The notes under the pieces are model-generated. The model ran no database searches and was not told the origin of the DNA. It saw only the letters and a list, made by a program, of their open reading frames with translations. From assembly GCA_947625115.1 (NCBI GenBank), contig CANQND010000005.1, positions 1,891-65,890 of the forward strand: a stretch of DNA of 64,000 nt, in the 5' to 3' direction. Positions 17,831 through 27,619 of this stretch are shown here, piece by piece. The position numbers were made by a program, and so were the translations under genes. The DNA is from an uncultured Clostridia bacterium (lineage in GTDB: Bacteria > Bacillota > Clostridia > Christensenellales > CAG-314). Each line of letters begins with the position of its first letter. Within the stretch, counting starts at the first letter, position 1.

Positions 17831-18009
17831 ACATTTTTGACCCGAAATGCGAAAAAAACAAGCGAAATATTTATTTTGAGGACAAAACGCCGCAAAACCG
17901 CCAAAAAAAGGCGCGAAAAATACCGATTTAACGCAAAAGTCGGCTTTTGTACTCCGTTTTGCTTACGCGCCACGACGTTATATCGCAAAACGGTATCTTG
18001 CCGAAAAGA

Positions 18010-18651
18010 TCAATCGCAAAAGCGTTGCAACAACGCGATACGAGTAGGATAATCGGGAACGTCCGACAACACAAGCGCGTCCGCCTCGATTACAGCGGTG
18101 TCTTGAAACAGCGACAAAAACTTGTCTACTCCGTCTATGTTGAAGCTATGCTCCGCCGTTTTGTAGTGCATTGGGACAACTATCTTGGGGCATACCGCGT
18201 CTACCCACCTCTTTGCGCCTGCCGCGTCTACGGTAAAGGTGCCGCCCACGGGCAAAAGAAGCACGTCGCATTGACGAATTTTTTGCGCGAGTGCCTCGTC
18301 GAAACAACCGATGTCGCCCATATGCACCACGCTGATACCGTCCACGTCAAAGCGGAAAACCAAGTTGCCGCCGCGCTTGGCTCCCCTTACGTCGTCGTGG
18401 AAAGAGGCGTAACTTTCTACCGAAACGTCGTCGGCGGTACAAAAGCCCTCACTGTCCAACACGGCGGGGTTGCCGAGTATGGAATCCAAACAGTCGTGGT
18501 CGGAGTGTCGGTGAGATACCGTTACCGCGTCGCACCTGACGGGAGTCATCGCAAAACCCACCGCTTTTTCGTCGAACGGGTCGGTTACTATCGTTGTACC
18601 CATTTCGCTTATCAATCTGAAACAGGAGTGTCCGAGATATTGCAGTTTCAT
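18010..18651 (-). CDS. MBL-fold metallo-hydrolase
   Basis: YLGHSCF, TDPF, SHRHSDH, HMGD, PVGG and PMHY motifs. Confidence 0.9.
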   Translation of the reverse strand: MKLQYLGHSCFRLISEMGTTIVTDPFDEKAVGFAMTPVRCDAVTVSHRHSDHDCLDSILGNPAVLDSEGFCTADDVSVESYASFHDDVRGAKRGGNLVFRFDVDGISVVHMGDIGCFDEALAQKIRQCDVLLLPVGGTFTVDAAGAKRWVDAVCPKIVVPMHYKTAEHSFNIDGVDKFLSLFQDTAVIEADALVLSDVPDYPTRIALLQRFCD

Positions 18652-18908
18652 TTTTATCCCCCTTACGGTTGCTTAATTCGATTAAATTGTAGTACAATAC
18701 GTTGCGATTGTCAAATTTGCAAAAAAATTTTTTGCGAAAAACGAACGACGTATCGGCGGTTCACCGCATAGAACAGGCTTGCGACAAAGCAATTTTCAAA
18801 AATTGTAGATTTTTTTTCGCATATCTGCTATAATGGTATTGTCCGTTGAGGAATGGGGTTGAAAACCTCTCCTGCGTTTAGCGTTGACGGACATATCTCG
18901 GAGGTTAT

Positions 18909-19922
18909 ATGAAGGCTTGGATATTGGAATCTCCCCAAAAGCTCAAACTTGAAGAGTTTGCGCCCACCGAAATAGCCGAAAACCAAATAAAAGTTAAAAT
19001 CGAAGAGGTGTTGATAAGCAACTCCGACTTTGAAGTGTACACGGGAGCAAGCAAACGCAAATATCCCTTTGTTATGGGAAGAAACGCCGTGGGCGTTGTG
19101 TCCAAAGTGGCGGGGGACAACCCGTTCTTCAACAAAATGGATCGAGTTGCAATAGAACCGTACATTCCCTGCGAGGCTTGCGACGAATGTAAAAACGACG
19201 AGTACGAAAAATGCTCGAATATGCAGGAGCTGGGCTACAATTGCAACGGACTGCTTCAAAACTTTGTGGACCTGCCCTACACGCTGTTGCACCGCCTCCC
19301 CGACAAACTGTCCACCGACAAAGCCCTGTTTGTGCCGTATGTGGCGTTTTGCCTCAACGTGATTGACGCATTGAACTTGGAAAAGGGACGGCATATCGCG
19401 ATATTTTCTTCCACCAAAACGGGGTTGATACTTGCGCAACTTGTGGCGTACTACCAAGCCGTGCCCGTGTTTATCAGCAACAGAGAAGAACTGTTGGACA
19501 CCGCGCGCGAATTGGGCATATTTTACAGCTTTAACCCCGACACTACCGACGTTGAAAGCGAAATTCTCGCCATTACGGGCGGCAGAATGTGCAACGAATT
19601 GGTGCTGTTTTCCAACTCCGACTTCAATATGAAAAACGTCTACAACGTGGCGGCGGTGAACGCAAACATCTGCCTTGCGGGCTACTCCAACAAAGAAAGC
19701 AAACTGTCCGTGGCGCAAATTTGCAAAAAACACCTGAATATCTTCGGCGTGTACAACGGCGCGGGAAGCTACTCTTCCGCCATTAACTTGCTTGTGACGG
19801 ACACCGTAAACGTGGATTCGCTCATCGGCAAAAAAGTACCTTTTGATAAGTTGGACGACGAATTGGCTAAAACCAAAGAGGACGAATTGGTGCTTAAATC
19901 AAAAATAGTGAAAATAAATTGA
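18909..19922 (+). CDS. MDR (Zn-alcohol/sorbitol dehydrogenase-like) family protein with degenerate active site
   Basis: MDR fold with structural Zn motif CEACDECKNDEYEKC. Catalytic motifs read ISNSD and GRN instead of ICGSD and GHE. Confidence 0.8.
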   Translation: MKAWILESPQKLKLEEFAPTEIAENQIKVKIEEVLISNSDFEVYTGASKRKYPFVMGRNAVGVVSKVAGDNPFFNKMDRVAIEPYIPCEACDECKNDEYEKCSNMQELGYNCNGLLQNFVDLPYTLLHRLPDKLSTDKALFVPYVAFCLNVIDALNLEKGRHIAIFSSTKTGLILAQLVAYYQAVPVFISNREELLDTARELGIFYSFNPDTTDVESEILAITGGRMCNELVLFSNSDFNMKNVYNVAAVNANICLAGYSNKESKLSVAQICKKHLNIFGVYNGAGSYSSAINLLVTDTVNVDSLIGKKVPFDKLDDELAKTKEDELVLKSKIVKIN

Positions 19923-19933
19923 CAAATCAAGCA

Positions 19934-19971
19934 AAACCCCTCCCCGAGAACGCTCGGAGAGAGGCTTTTTT
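19934..19971. terminator. Bidirectional intrinsic terminator
   Basis: CCTCCCCGAG/CTCGGAGAGAGG stem flanked by A and T tracts between convergent genes. Confidence 0.65.
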
Positions 19972-19977
19972 GTAAAA

Positions 19978-20535
19978 TTACTTTATCTTTTTTCCGTCGG
20001 AAAAGGCGTTGCCCACTTTTTCGCCTATAACGCGGTAGTCGTGAGCGGCGGAATTGTAGGTTATCACTCCCGCTTTGCCCAAGTCGAGATTGCCTTTGTC
20101 GTCCAAGACGCGTTCGTCCGCGCTTACGTTTACTATGTCGCCGACGATAATGCCGTCCTCGTTGATATGGTTGAGCTTACACTCCAACGCAATGGGGAAC
20201 TCCTCGACGACGGGAGCGCAGACGTGTTCCGCCTCGGACACGTGCAGCCCCGCGCGCGAAATCTTGTCGGGAACGTCGTTGCCCGAAACAATGCCCACGT
20301 AGTCGGCTTCCGTTACGTGCGCCGCGTCGGCAAAACTTACCGTAAACGCCTCGTTGCGAATGATGTTTTTGGTTGTGGCGTGGTCGTCGCTCAGGCACAG
20401 CATAACTTGATTTGTGTCGTAAATGCCTCCCCAAGCGGCGTTCATCGCGTTTGGCGAACCGTCCTCGTTGTACGTTGCAACGATAAGCACGGGGCAAGGA
20501 AACAGCCAAGTCTTTTTTCCGAAATTTTTACGCAT
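19978..20535 (-). CDS. Flavin reductase-like (flavoredoxin) family protein
   Basis: PCPVLIVATY...PNAMNAAWGG, FTVSF, GIVSG and ALEC motifs. Confidence 0.88.
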   Translation of the reverse strand: MRKNFGKKTWLFPCPVLIVATYNEDGSPNAMNAAWGGIYDTNQVMLCLSDDHATTKNIIRNEAFTVSFADAAHVTEADYVGIVSGNDVPDKISRAGLHVSEAEHVCAPVVEEFPIALECKLNHINEDGIIVGDIVNVSADERVLDDKGNLDLGKAGVITYNSAAHDYRVIGEKVGNAFSDGKKIK

Positions 20536-20678
20536 AATTCACCTCTTTGTTTTTTTCGATTATATCACATTGCCGCGGCGACAGCAACGATTTTGAAACT
20601 TTTTTGCCGTTGCATTTTTGTGTTGACAACGGCGGGCAAGGAGCGTATACTGTAAAAAAACAAAAATGAGGTGTCGCT

Positions 20679-21227
20679 ATGAAACAGGCAGTACTTGTTG
20701 TAGATATGCTAAATGACTTTGTTACGGGTGCGTTGAAGTGCGACAGAGGGCTTGCTATCGTCCCGAAAACGGCTAAATTGCTGGACGGCGCGCGTAGGGC
20801 GGGCGTTCCCGTTATCTTTTGCAACGACGCGCATCTGAAAGGCGTCGATCACGAACTCAAACTGTGGGGAGATCACGCCATTGCGGGTACCGAGGGGGCG
20901 CAAGTAATACCCGAACTCGGGCTGTGCGACAAAGATTACGTTGTTCCCAAACGCCGTTACAGCGGATTTTTCCACACCGACCTTGACCTGCTGTTGAAAG
21001 AACTCGGCGTTGACACCGTTGTGCTGACGGGCTTGCACACGCATATGTGCGTACGTCACACGGGTGCGGACGCATATCAATTGGGCTACGACCTTGTGGT
21101 TGCAAAGGACGCTACCGACAGCTTCACCCAAGAGGACTACGACTACGGCATAAAATACTTTGTTGCCACCTACGGCGCAAAGATTACCGACGTTGACTCT
21201 CTGTTGAAAGAGTGGAACGTAATCTAA
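20679..21227 (+). CDS. Cysteine hydrolase (isochorismatase/nicotinamidase family)
   Basis: VVDMLNDF, KRRYSGF and TGLHTHMCV give the Asp-Lys-Cys triad. Confidence 0.9.
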   Translation: MKQAVLVVDMLNDFVTGALKCDRGLAIVPKTAKLLDGARRAGVPVIFCNDAHLKGVDHELKLWGDHAIAGTEGAQVIPELGLCDKDYVVPKRRYSGFFHTDLDLLLKELGVDTVVLTGLHTHMCVRHTGADAYQLGYDLVVAKDATDSFTQEDYDYGIKYFVATYGAKITDVDSLLKEWNVI

Positions 21228-21243
21228 CAAACGGAAACCGACG

Positions 21244-21274
21244 AAAAGAGCAAGCGCACCGCTTGCTCTTTTTT
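21244..21274. terminator. Bidirectional intrinsic terminator
   Basis: AAAAGAGCAAGCG-CAC-CGCTTGCTCTTTT. Confidence 0.8.
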
Positions 21275-21299
21275 ACTTGTCGTTTTTTGCCGAATTTTG

Positions 21300-22439
21300 T
21301 TACTCGGGCGTTTTGCCCTGTTTTGCGGGAGGTTTTGGTCCGTTGAACGTGTAGTAACTGCATTTTATGCCCGCATTGTAGATGTACCGCTTTTTGTCCG
21401 CGCGGCGACCGAATTGCTTTTCAAAATCTTGCAACGGACTCAAAAAATAGAAGTTCCATTTGTCCAAAGTACGATACAGCTTGCCCATATCCGCCGCAAG
21501 CGATCGCGCCGTTTCGACGTCGCCGAGCCTTTCGCCGTAGGGCGGATTGGATATGTTGACCCCGTAGCTTGCCCTGCTGACAAACTGACGAGCGTCGCGC
21601 AGGTTGAATTTCACGTACTTGTCCACACCCGCTTGTTTGGCATGAAAACGGGCAATTTCCACCGCGCGTTCGCTCACGTCGCCGCCGATAATGTTCAATT
21701 GCCGTTCCACGCGCGCGTCCCGCGCCTCTTCCGCCGCCAAACGATAGGCGTTTGAATTGACGCAACCCCATTTGAGAAAGGCAAACGCGCGGTTTAGCCC
21801 CGAGGCGATGTTCAACGCTTTCATTGCCGCCTCTATCGGCAGGGTGCCGCTTCCGCAAAACAAGTCCGTAAAAGTTTTGTCGGGGTTCCAAACGGATAGG
21901 TCCACAAGCGCGGCGGCTGTCGTTTCTTTGAGAGGAGCGTCGTAGGGCAACGTGCGGTAACCGCGTTTGTGCAGTCCGTCGCCCGACGTATCCAGATTGA
22001 CGGAACAAACGTCGTCGGTCAAGTCCAACTCCACGCGATAGTCCGCGCCCGTTTCGTCCAACACGCCGTACTTGGCGTTCAACTTGTCCGCAATCGCCTT
22101 TTTGCCGACGGACTGAATGGAATGGTGCGCAAACAGCTTGCTGTTGACGCTCTTAGTCACCACCGTCACTTTGCCGTGTTCGTCCACAAAGTCCTGCCAA
22201 GATATGCTTCTTACGCCGTCGAACAACTCGTCGAAAGTTGTTGCGGGGAACTCCGCAAGTTTAATCAACACCCTTTCGCCGCTACGCAAAAATATATTAA
22301 GACGAGCCACGTCTTGCCAAGAACAGTCGTCCACGGCAACTCTGCCGTTGATCGCCTTTGAGTTGTGATAGCCCAACGAGTCAAGTTGACGTTTTACCAC
22401 CGCTTCTATCCCCGTGGCTGTGGGAACAAGTAATTTCAT
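21300..22439 (-). CDS. THUMP-domain class I SAM-dependent RNA methyltransferase (RlmL/YpsC-like)
   Basis: LDTSGDGLHKRGYR, APLKET, DLFCGSGT, NPPYGER. Confidence 0.9.
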   Translation of the reverse strand: MKLLVPTATGIEAVVKRQLDSLGYHNSKAINGRVAVDDCSWQDVARLNIFLRSGERVLIKLAEFPATTFDELFDGVRSISWQDFVDEHGKVTVVTKSVNSKLFAHHSIQSVGKKAIADKLNAKYGVLDETGADYRVELDLTDDVCSVNLDTSGDGLHKRGYRTLPYDAPLKETTAAALVDLSVWNPDKTFTDLFCGSGTLPIEAAMKALNIASGLNRAFAFLKWGCVNSNAYRLAAEEARDARVERQLNIIGGDVSERAVEIARFHAKQAGVDKYVKFNLRDARQFVSRASYGVNISNPPYGERLGDVETARSLAADMGKLYRTLDKWNFYFLSPLQDFEKQFGRRADKKRYIYNAGIKCSYYTFNGPKPPAKQGKTPE

Positions 22440-22586
22440 ATTTTTATTGTAACACAACGCGGCAAATTACGCAAACGCCGCGCAAAAACCTCACGGGCGA
22501 ATTGACGACCGCATTTTTCCATTAAATTTCGCGCTACTGCCGTTAAAAAAGCCCCGTCGCAAACGCGCGGAGCAAAGAAAGACAAA

Positions 22587-23225
22587 TTATTTTACTATCT
22601 TGCGCACAGTTTTGGCGGCGGCAATCAAACATCCGCGCAACAGCAAGTCGTACAGAGGGACTGCCACCTGCGCCGCGACTACCGTCAACCAAAACACCCA
22701 CGTCATCGAATAAAAACGCTCGAACACCGCAGGAGTTACCGCCCAAGTAACGACAAAAGTGAGAACCAACCCCACCTCCAACAAAACGTAGTACAACAAC
22801 CACTTTACCGCTTTGTTGAAGCGCGGCTTGCCCTTTAACTCAACGCGAATGACCTTGGCGGCTTCTTGCCCGTCGAAAGGGCTTTCCAACGTTTCGGTGT
22901 GTTCCACTCGCGCCGTTACCGCAACCGACTCGCCGCACACTTTTACTATCGCAAAAGGTATGCAGAACAACGCTACGGGCGCAACGGCGAAAATGTTTCC
23001 GATAAATATCCCGCTGACGGAGGCAACGGCAAGCGTCGCAAAGTAGGTCAACAGCGAATAACCGACGTTTTTGCCGTCTACGAGCAGAGGCACGACCGTG
23101 GCTACGGAAGCCATAACGCCGAATATCAACGCGGCATAAGGCACAAGGCTTGTGAGCAAAAGAGCTACGCAGGATATTGCGCCGCACACGCCGCTCAAAG
23201 CAATGTTACGGGCAGAACCTTTCAT
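22587..23225 (-). CDS. Multi-pass membrane protein
   Basis: Start MKGSARNIAL overlaps the upstream stop (TGATG); ~6 hydrophobic segments. Confidence 0.75.
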   Translation of the reverse strand: MKGSARNIALSGVCGAISCVALLLTSLVPYAALIFGVMASVATVVPLLVDGKNVGYSLLTYFATLAVASVSGIFIGNIFAVAPVALFCIPFAIVKVCGESVAVTARVEHTETLESPFDGQEAAKVIRVELKGKPRFNKAVKWLLYYVLLEVGLVLTFVVTWAVTPAVFERFYSMTWVFWLTVVAAQVAVPLYDLLLRGCLIAAAKTVRKIVK

Positions 23226-23851
23226 CAACAGCCGCCACCGCCCATACATTGACAGCAATTGCAACACATATTGCACAACAGACAGTCCGTACAGGTACTG
23301 CCCGTGCATGTTCCGTTGCCCGCACCAACGCGAGGACCGTCGTCAACGGGACGGGACGTGGACCGCAATTGATCGGGACTGATTGTGTTGGACGCCAAAA
23401 TTTTTGTCAATTTTTCCAAACTTTGCTTGTAGCGTTGATTGTCAGGTTCCATTTCGCAGGCAAGCTCCAATTGACGTTTGCTTTCCAAAAACCAATTGCG
23501 CTTGTAGAACAAAACGGACTGCATATAGTGCCATTCGGCGTCGCGAGATACGCGCTCGTCCAATTTGGCTTGCGCTTCGTCCAACTTGCCGTCGGTAAGC
23601 AACTGCTGAATTTCCGTGTAGTCGGATTCGTCGCCGACGCTCTTGTCTTGTTGCTGTTCTCGGCGTTCGTTGATTATGTCGCGATAGGCGACTTCCAGAC
23701 GTTGAAGTTTTTCGGAAGCCTCTTCGCCCTCTTCGCCCACCTTGAACCGATCGTTTTGATACTGCGTTTTCAACTCGTTGTAACGAGCGTCTATCTCTTC
23801 TTGGGTGGCGGATTCCGTCAATCCTAAAATTTCGTATGCGTTGTAGACCAT
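23225..23851 (-). CDS. J-domain-like/TPR protein with Cys-rich C-terminus
   Basis: GGAG RBS before MVYNAYEILGL; J-like helices without HPD; AEWHY TPR; CTDCLLCNMCCNCCQC tail. Confidence 0.8.
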   Translation of the reverse strand: MVYNAYEILGLTESATQEEIDARYNELKTQYQNDRFKVGEEGEEASEKLQRLEVAYRDIINERREQQQDKSVGDESDYTEIQQLLTDGKLDEAQAKLDERVSRDAEWHYMQSVLFYKRNWFLESKRQLELACEMEPDNQRYKQSLEKLTKILASNTISPDQLRSTSRPVDDGPRVGAGNGTCTGSTCTDCLLCNMCCNCCQCMGGGGC

Positions 23852-23936
23852 TTTTTCTCCGTTAAACTGCCGATATGTTTTCTTTTTGCCGTTTTGGCGC
23901 GCTTGCGTGCGGCTACGGCTTTTGCTGTCGTTATCG

Positions 23937-24800
23937 TTACTTATTCGCCTGTTCGGGGGCGTATTTGGAAAGTATTTCTTTTGTTTTGTCGCGAATGGCG
24001 TCGTAAAGTACGTTTTGCAAAATACAATTGTACTTGCCGATATTGAGGTCGTTGTAGGACATTGCCACTCGGTTGAGTACCGCAAACATCAAAAATTGCA
24101 CTTCGTCGTACTTGGCGGACAGCTCGTTGGCTTTTTTGATTTTGTAACAGCTGATAAAGGGGTTGTAGTTGCCGCGTTTTAGATCCTTTTCAACGTCGTC
24201 CAACGCGTCGATGAGGTATATCCACTTGCCGAGATTGTAACACAACGCGTCAAGATGTTCGTTTGTTTCCTGCCCCAACACGTAAAATGCAAATTCCTGC
24301 GACAACAACGCGAAACTGTGGGATACTGCGTCCAAGCTGTCAACATTACGCTCTTCCATTTGCCGCAGTTGTTCGTAACGCCGAGAGAGCATATCGTCCA
24401 AATCGGGCAAAAGCCGCCGCGCCTTGCCATATGCTCCGCGCAACGCGCGATATGCCGTTTTCTTTTTTACTCCGCCGCCGTCAACAACGTCGTCGTAGAG
24501 GTTCCAATAGGTGAGCAGTACGTTTGCAACGGACATTTTGTCCACTAACGGCGTTTGCTCCAAAACGGAACGTTTTTTGAAAGGGGAACTGAAACAACGT
24601 CGCTGTTCCACCTGCACGTCCGCGTTTGTTACGCCGTGAAACAGCACGTTGAAAAAGTTTACGTCGTTACTGATAAACAGACGCGGTATGTTGCCGAATT
24701 GCTTTTTGGTGGAAAAGCACATTCCGCACATAAAAGTTTGCCAAACGCCCTGTTTGTCCTCTTGTAGCTTTGCCTTTTCTATGTTCAAATATCCAAACAT
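23937..24800 (-). CDS. DUF5685-like conserved protein
   Basis: MFGY...CGMC...G...LGKWIYLIDALDD..KD...GNYNPF pattern. Confidence 0.75.
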   Translation of the reverse strand: MFGYLNIEKAKLQEDKQGVWQTFMCGMCFSTKKQFGNIPRLFISNDVNFFNVLFHGVTNADVQVEQRRCFSSPFKKRSVLEQTPLVDKMSVANVLLTYWNLYDDVVDGGGVKKKTAYRALRGAYGKARRLLPDLDDMLSRRYEQLRQMEERNVDSLDAVSHSFALLSQEFAFYVLGQETNEHLDALCYNLGKWIYLIDALDDVEKDLKRGNYNPFISCYKIKKANELSAKYDEVQFLMFAVLNRVAMSYNDLNIGKYNCILQNVLYDAIRDKTKEILSKYAPEQANK

Positions 24801-25816
24801 CAGCGACTTTTGGGGACAAGCCCCACTTTGCGATATACCTTTGAAAGCGTTTTACAAGCTATATGCTCCGCTCTTTCCGCGCCCTGCTTCAAAACGCTTT
24901 CCAGATAAGCCTTGTCGGCGGCAAGACGTTTCTGTTCGGACTGTATCGGTTGCAACACGGATATAACCGCGTCGGCTACCGCGTCTTTGAACTGACCGTA
25001 ACCTTTGCCCTCGAAAAGGCGTTCGGCTTCGGCGACGCTTGTTCCCGTACACAGCGAATAGATGTTGAGCAAGTTGCTTACGCCCGGTTTGTCTGCCGAA
25101 TAACGCACACAGTGCGCGTCGGTATCGCTGTCTGTAACGGCGCGGCGCAATTTGCGGCGTATGGAATCGGGGTCGTCGGTAAGAGTGATAATGGCGTTGT
25201 CGTTGGGATCGGACTTGGACATCTTTGCAGATGGGTCCTGCAAACTCTTGATACTGCTGCCTGTTTTGGAAATCAAACACTCGGGAACGACAAATGTGTC
25301 GCTGTAACGGGCGTTGAACCGTTGCGCAATATCGCGCGCGAGTTCCACGTGCTGAATTTGGTCCTTTCCTACGGGGACGTACTGCGTTTGATAGAGCAAA
25401 ATGTCGCTTGCCATCAAAACGGGGTAATTCATCAACCCCATATTTATGTTGTCGGCGTGTTTTTTGGACTTGTCCTTGAACTGCGTCATACGGTTAAGTT
25501 CGCCCACGTACGCTACGGTATCCAATATCCAACAAAGTTCGGAATGCTCGTGAACGTGCGACTGAATGAACAACGCGCTTTTTTCGGGGTCTATGCCGCA
25601 AGCAATATATAGCGCAACAAGGTCGAGAGTGTTTTTGCGGAGTTCGGCGGGAACCTGCGTAACGGTGAGAGAGTGCAGGTCCACCACGCAGAACAGACAT
25701 TCGTACTGCTCCTGCAACGGGGTCCAATTCCTTATCGCGCCGAGATAGTTGCCCAAAGTGACTTTTCCCGTAGGTTGAACTCCCGAAAAAACCCGTTTTT
25801 TTACTTCTTCTGCCAC
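24800..25816 (-). CDS. trpS: Tryptophan--tRNA ligase
   Basis: SGVQPTG, TLGNYLG, YPVLMASDIL, VPVGKDQ, KMSKS; probable GTG start after GAGGTG. Confidence 0.97.
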   Translation of the reverse strand: MAEEVKKRVFSGVQPTGKVTLGNYLGAIRNWTPLQEQYECLFCVVDLHSLTVTQVPAELRKNTLDLVALYIACGIDPEKSALFIQSHVHEHSELCWILDTVAYVGELNRMTQFKDKSKKHADNINMGLMNYPVLMASDILLYQTQYVPVGKDQIQHVELARDIAQRFNARYSDTFVVPECLISKTGSSIKSLQDPSAKMSKSDPNDNAIITLTDDPDSIRRKLRRAVTDSDTDAHCVRYSADKPGVSNLLNIYSLCTGTSVAEAERLFEGKGYGQFKDAVADAVISVLQPIQSEQKRLAADKAYLESVLKQGAERAEHIACKTLSKVYRKVGLVPKSR

Positions 25817-26032
25817 AATTGCACCTCGTCGCCCATTATAATTTTTTAACAAGTATATCACCGATACGCTTGTTTGTCAAGAGTACGCGCTACGCGCGTG
25901 TCGCGCAATTTGGCGAACAAAAGCGCGTACGCACACCAAAACCCGCTCGCTTTGCCGCAAGACATAGAACTACCACGCAAAAAGGCGACAAAAAAACGCT
26001 CAACCGAAGTTGAGCGTTTAACGAAAATCCGA

Positions 26033-26452
26033 TTATCTTGCGGCGTTGATCGCGGCTTTGGTTCCCCAATAAATGAGCTTGCCCGATTGCTTTACCGTCC
26101 AATCGCCGTCCGTGTCGTCTTCTGTATTATTTTCGGCGTAGTCCTTTACCTTGTCAAAAGCCGACTTGGCGGAATCTGCACTGTCAAAGTAAACGATGGT
26201 AACAGTTTCAACCTTGTTTTTGTCGTCCTCTTTAACCGTTTTGGAGCCTTTAACGACTGCCTCGATTCCTTTTACGCCCAAAATTTTCAAAGCATTAGGG
26301 ATAACGGTGCCGTCTTTAACCGCGGTATACTCGTGTTTTTCCAACGCTTCCACCGCTTTGTCGGGGTCGGCAGCGGGACCGCATGCCGCAAACACTGCAA
26401 GGCTCATAATTGCAACGAGAGCCAACGCTGTAATCGATATAATCTTTTTCAT
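26033..26452 (-). CDS. Small lipoprotein
   Basis: AGGAGG RBS; MKKIISITALALVAIMSLAVFAAC lipobox; terminator at ~25989-26019. Confidence 0.85.
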   Translation of the reverse strand: MKKIISITALALVAIMSLAVFAACGPAADPDKAVEALEKHEYTAVKDGTVIPNALKILGVKGIEAVVKGSKTVKEDDKNKVETVTIVYFDSADSAKSAFDKVKDYAENNTEDDTDGDWTVKQSGKLIYWGTKAAINAAR

Positions 26453-26643
26453 AAAAAATACCTCCTGTTTTTTCAATCTTATTCTACCACTTTTACAGGT
26501 TTTGTCAATCACGCTAAGAGTGAAAAACGGGTTTTCTTTTTCACTTGTGAGTACGCCCCGCGCGGCAGATAAAATCGACGTTTTTTGCGTAGCAAAAGCG
26601 GAAAGCGCGGACTGCGACAAACGCGTATTTTTCAGTTTTCTCC

Positions 26644-27558
26644 CTATTGGTTATCCGAATGAAGCAAGGACAAATACCTGTCGTCGCCGTCGGGGAAAAG
26701 AGTAACGATATTTTTACCCTTGTAGGCGGGATCCTCCGCGATACGTATGGCAACGGCTATGTTGGCGGCGGAACTTATTCCGCAACTGTAACCCTGTTTG
26801 AGGTTCAACGTTCTGAACATATCCAACGCTTCGTCGTCCGTTACCAATTCCACTCTGTTTACAAGCTGTCTGTCGTAGATAGCGGTTACAAAACCCGCGC
26901 CTATGCCTTGAATTTTATGCGAACCCTTTTGTCCGCGCGAAATGACGGGACTGCCCGACGGCTCCACGGCAACGATTTCCACGTCGGGAAAGCGTTCGCG
27001 CAGTTTTCTGCCCGTGCCGATAAGCGTTCCGCCCGTGCCTACGCCCGCCACAAATACGTCTACCCTATCCAACTGCTCGGCAATTTCTTCGCCTGTCGAA
27101 AGATAGTGAGCAAGCGCGTTTGCGGAATTTTCAAACTGTTTTAGCCACACGTGTCCGCTACGGTTTGCGTACTGCTCGACGGCTTCGATCGCGCCTTTCA
27201 TACCCAACTTGCCCTCGGTAAGCACCAATTGCGCGCCCAAGCCCTGCAATAGTTGGCGACGTTCCACCGTCATACTGTCGGGCATTGTGAGCAACACTTT
27301 GTAGCCGCGTTTTAGCCCAACGTACGCCAGAGAAATACCCATATTGCCGCTTGTGGCTTCCACTATTGTGTCGCCTTTGTGCAAAAGACCGTCGTCCTCC
27401 GCCGCGAGGATCATTCCGAGAGCGGCTCTGTCCTTTACGCTGCCGCTTGCGTTCATCGCTTCATTTTTTATGTATATGTCTGCGTCAAAATCTTCTTCGT
27501 AGGGGACAAGCGGCGTGTTGCCGATACCCAACGGACGGGCGTTTTTGTAGAAATCCAT
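26644..27558 (-). CDS. cysK: Cysteine synthase (O-acetylserine sulfhydrylase)
   Basis: IGNTPL, SGSVKDR, EATSGNMG, GVGTGGT, HKIQGIG. Confidence 0.92.
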   Translation of the reverse strand: MDFYKNARPLGIGNTPLVPYEEDFDADIYIKNEAMNASGSVKDRAALGMILAAEDDGLLHKGDTIVEATSGNMGISLAYVGLKRGYKVLLTMPDSMTVERRQLLQGLGAQLVLTEGKLGMKGAIEAVEQYANRSGHVWLKQFENSANALAHYLSTGEEIAEQLDRVDVFVAGVGTGGTLIGTGRKLRERFPDVEIVAVEPSGSPVISRGQKGSHKIQGIGAGFVTAIYDRQLVNRVELVTDDEALDMFRTLNLKQGYSCGISSAANIAVAIRIAEDPAYKGKNIVTLFPDGDDRYLSLLHSDNQ

Positions 27559-27619
27559 ATCTTTTTCTCCTTGAAACAATTTAACCGCGCGCAGAACGAG
27601 ACCGTCTGTTTGCGCCGAT

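Noticed and set aside
18840-18895. Fluoride riboswitch resemblance (GGAATGGGGTT)
   Set aside because: Lacks the downstream GCTGATGAC pseudoknot partner; kept only as an unknown structured leader.
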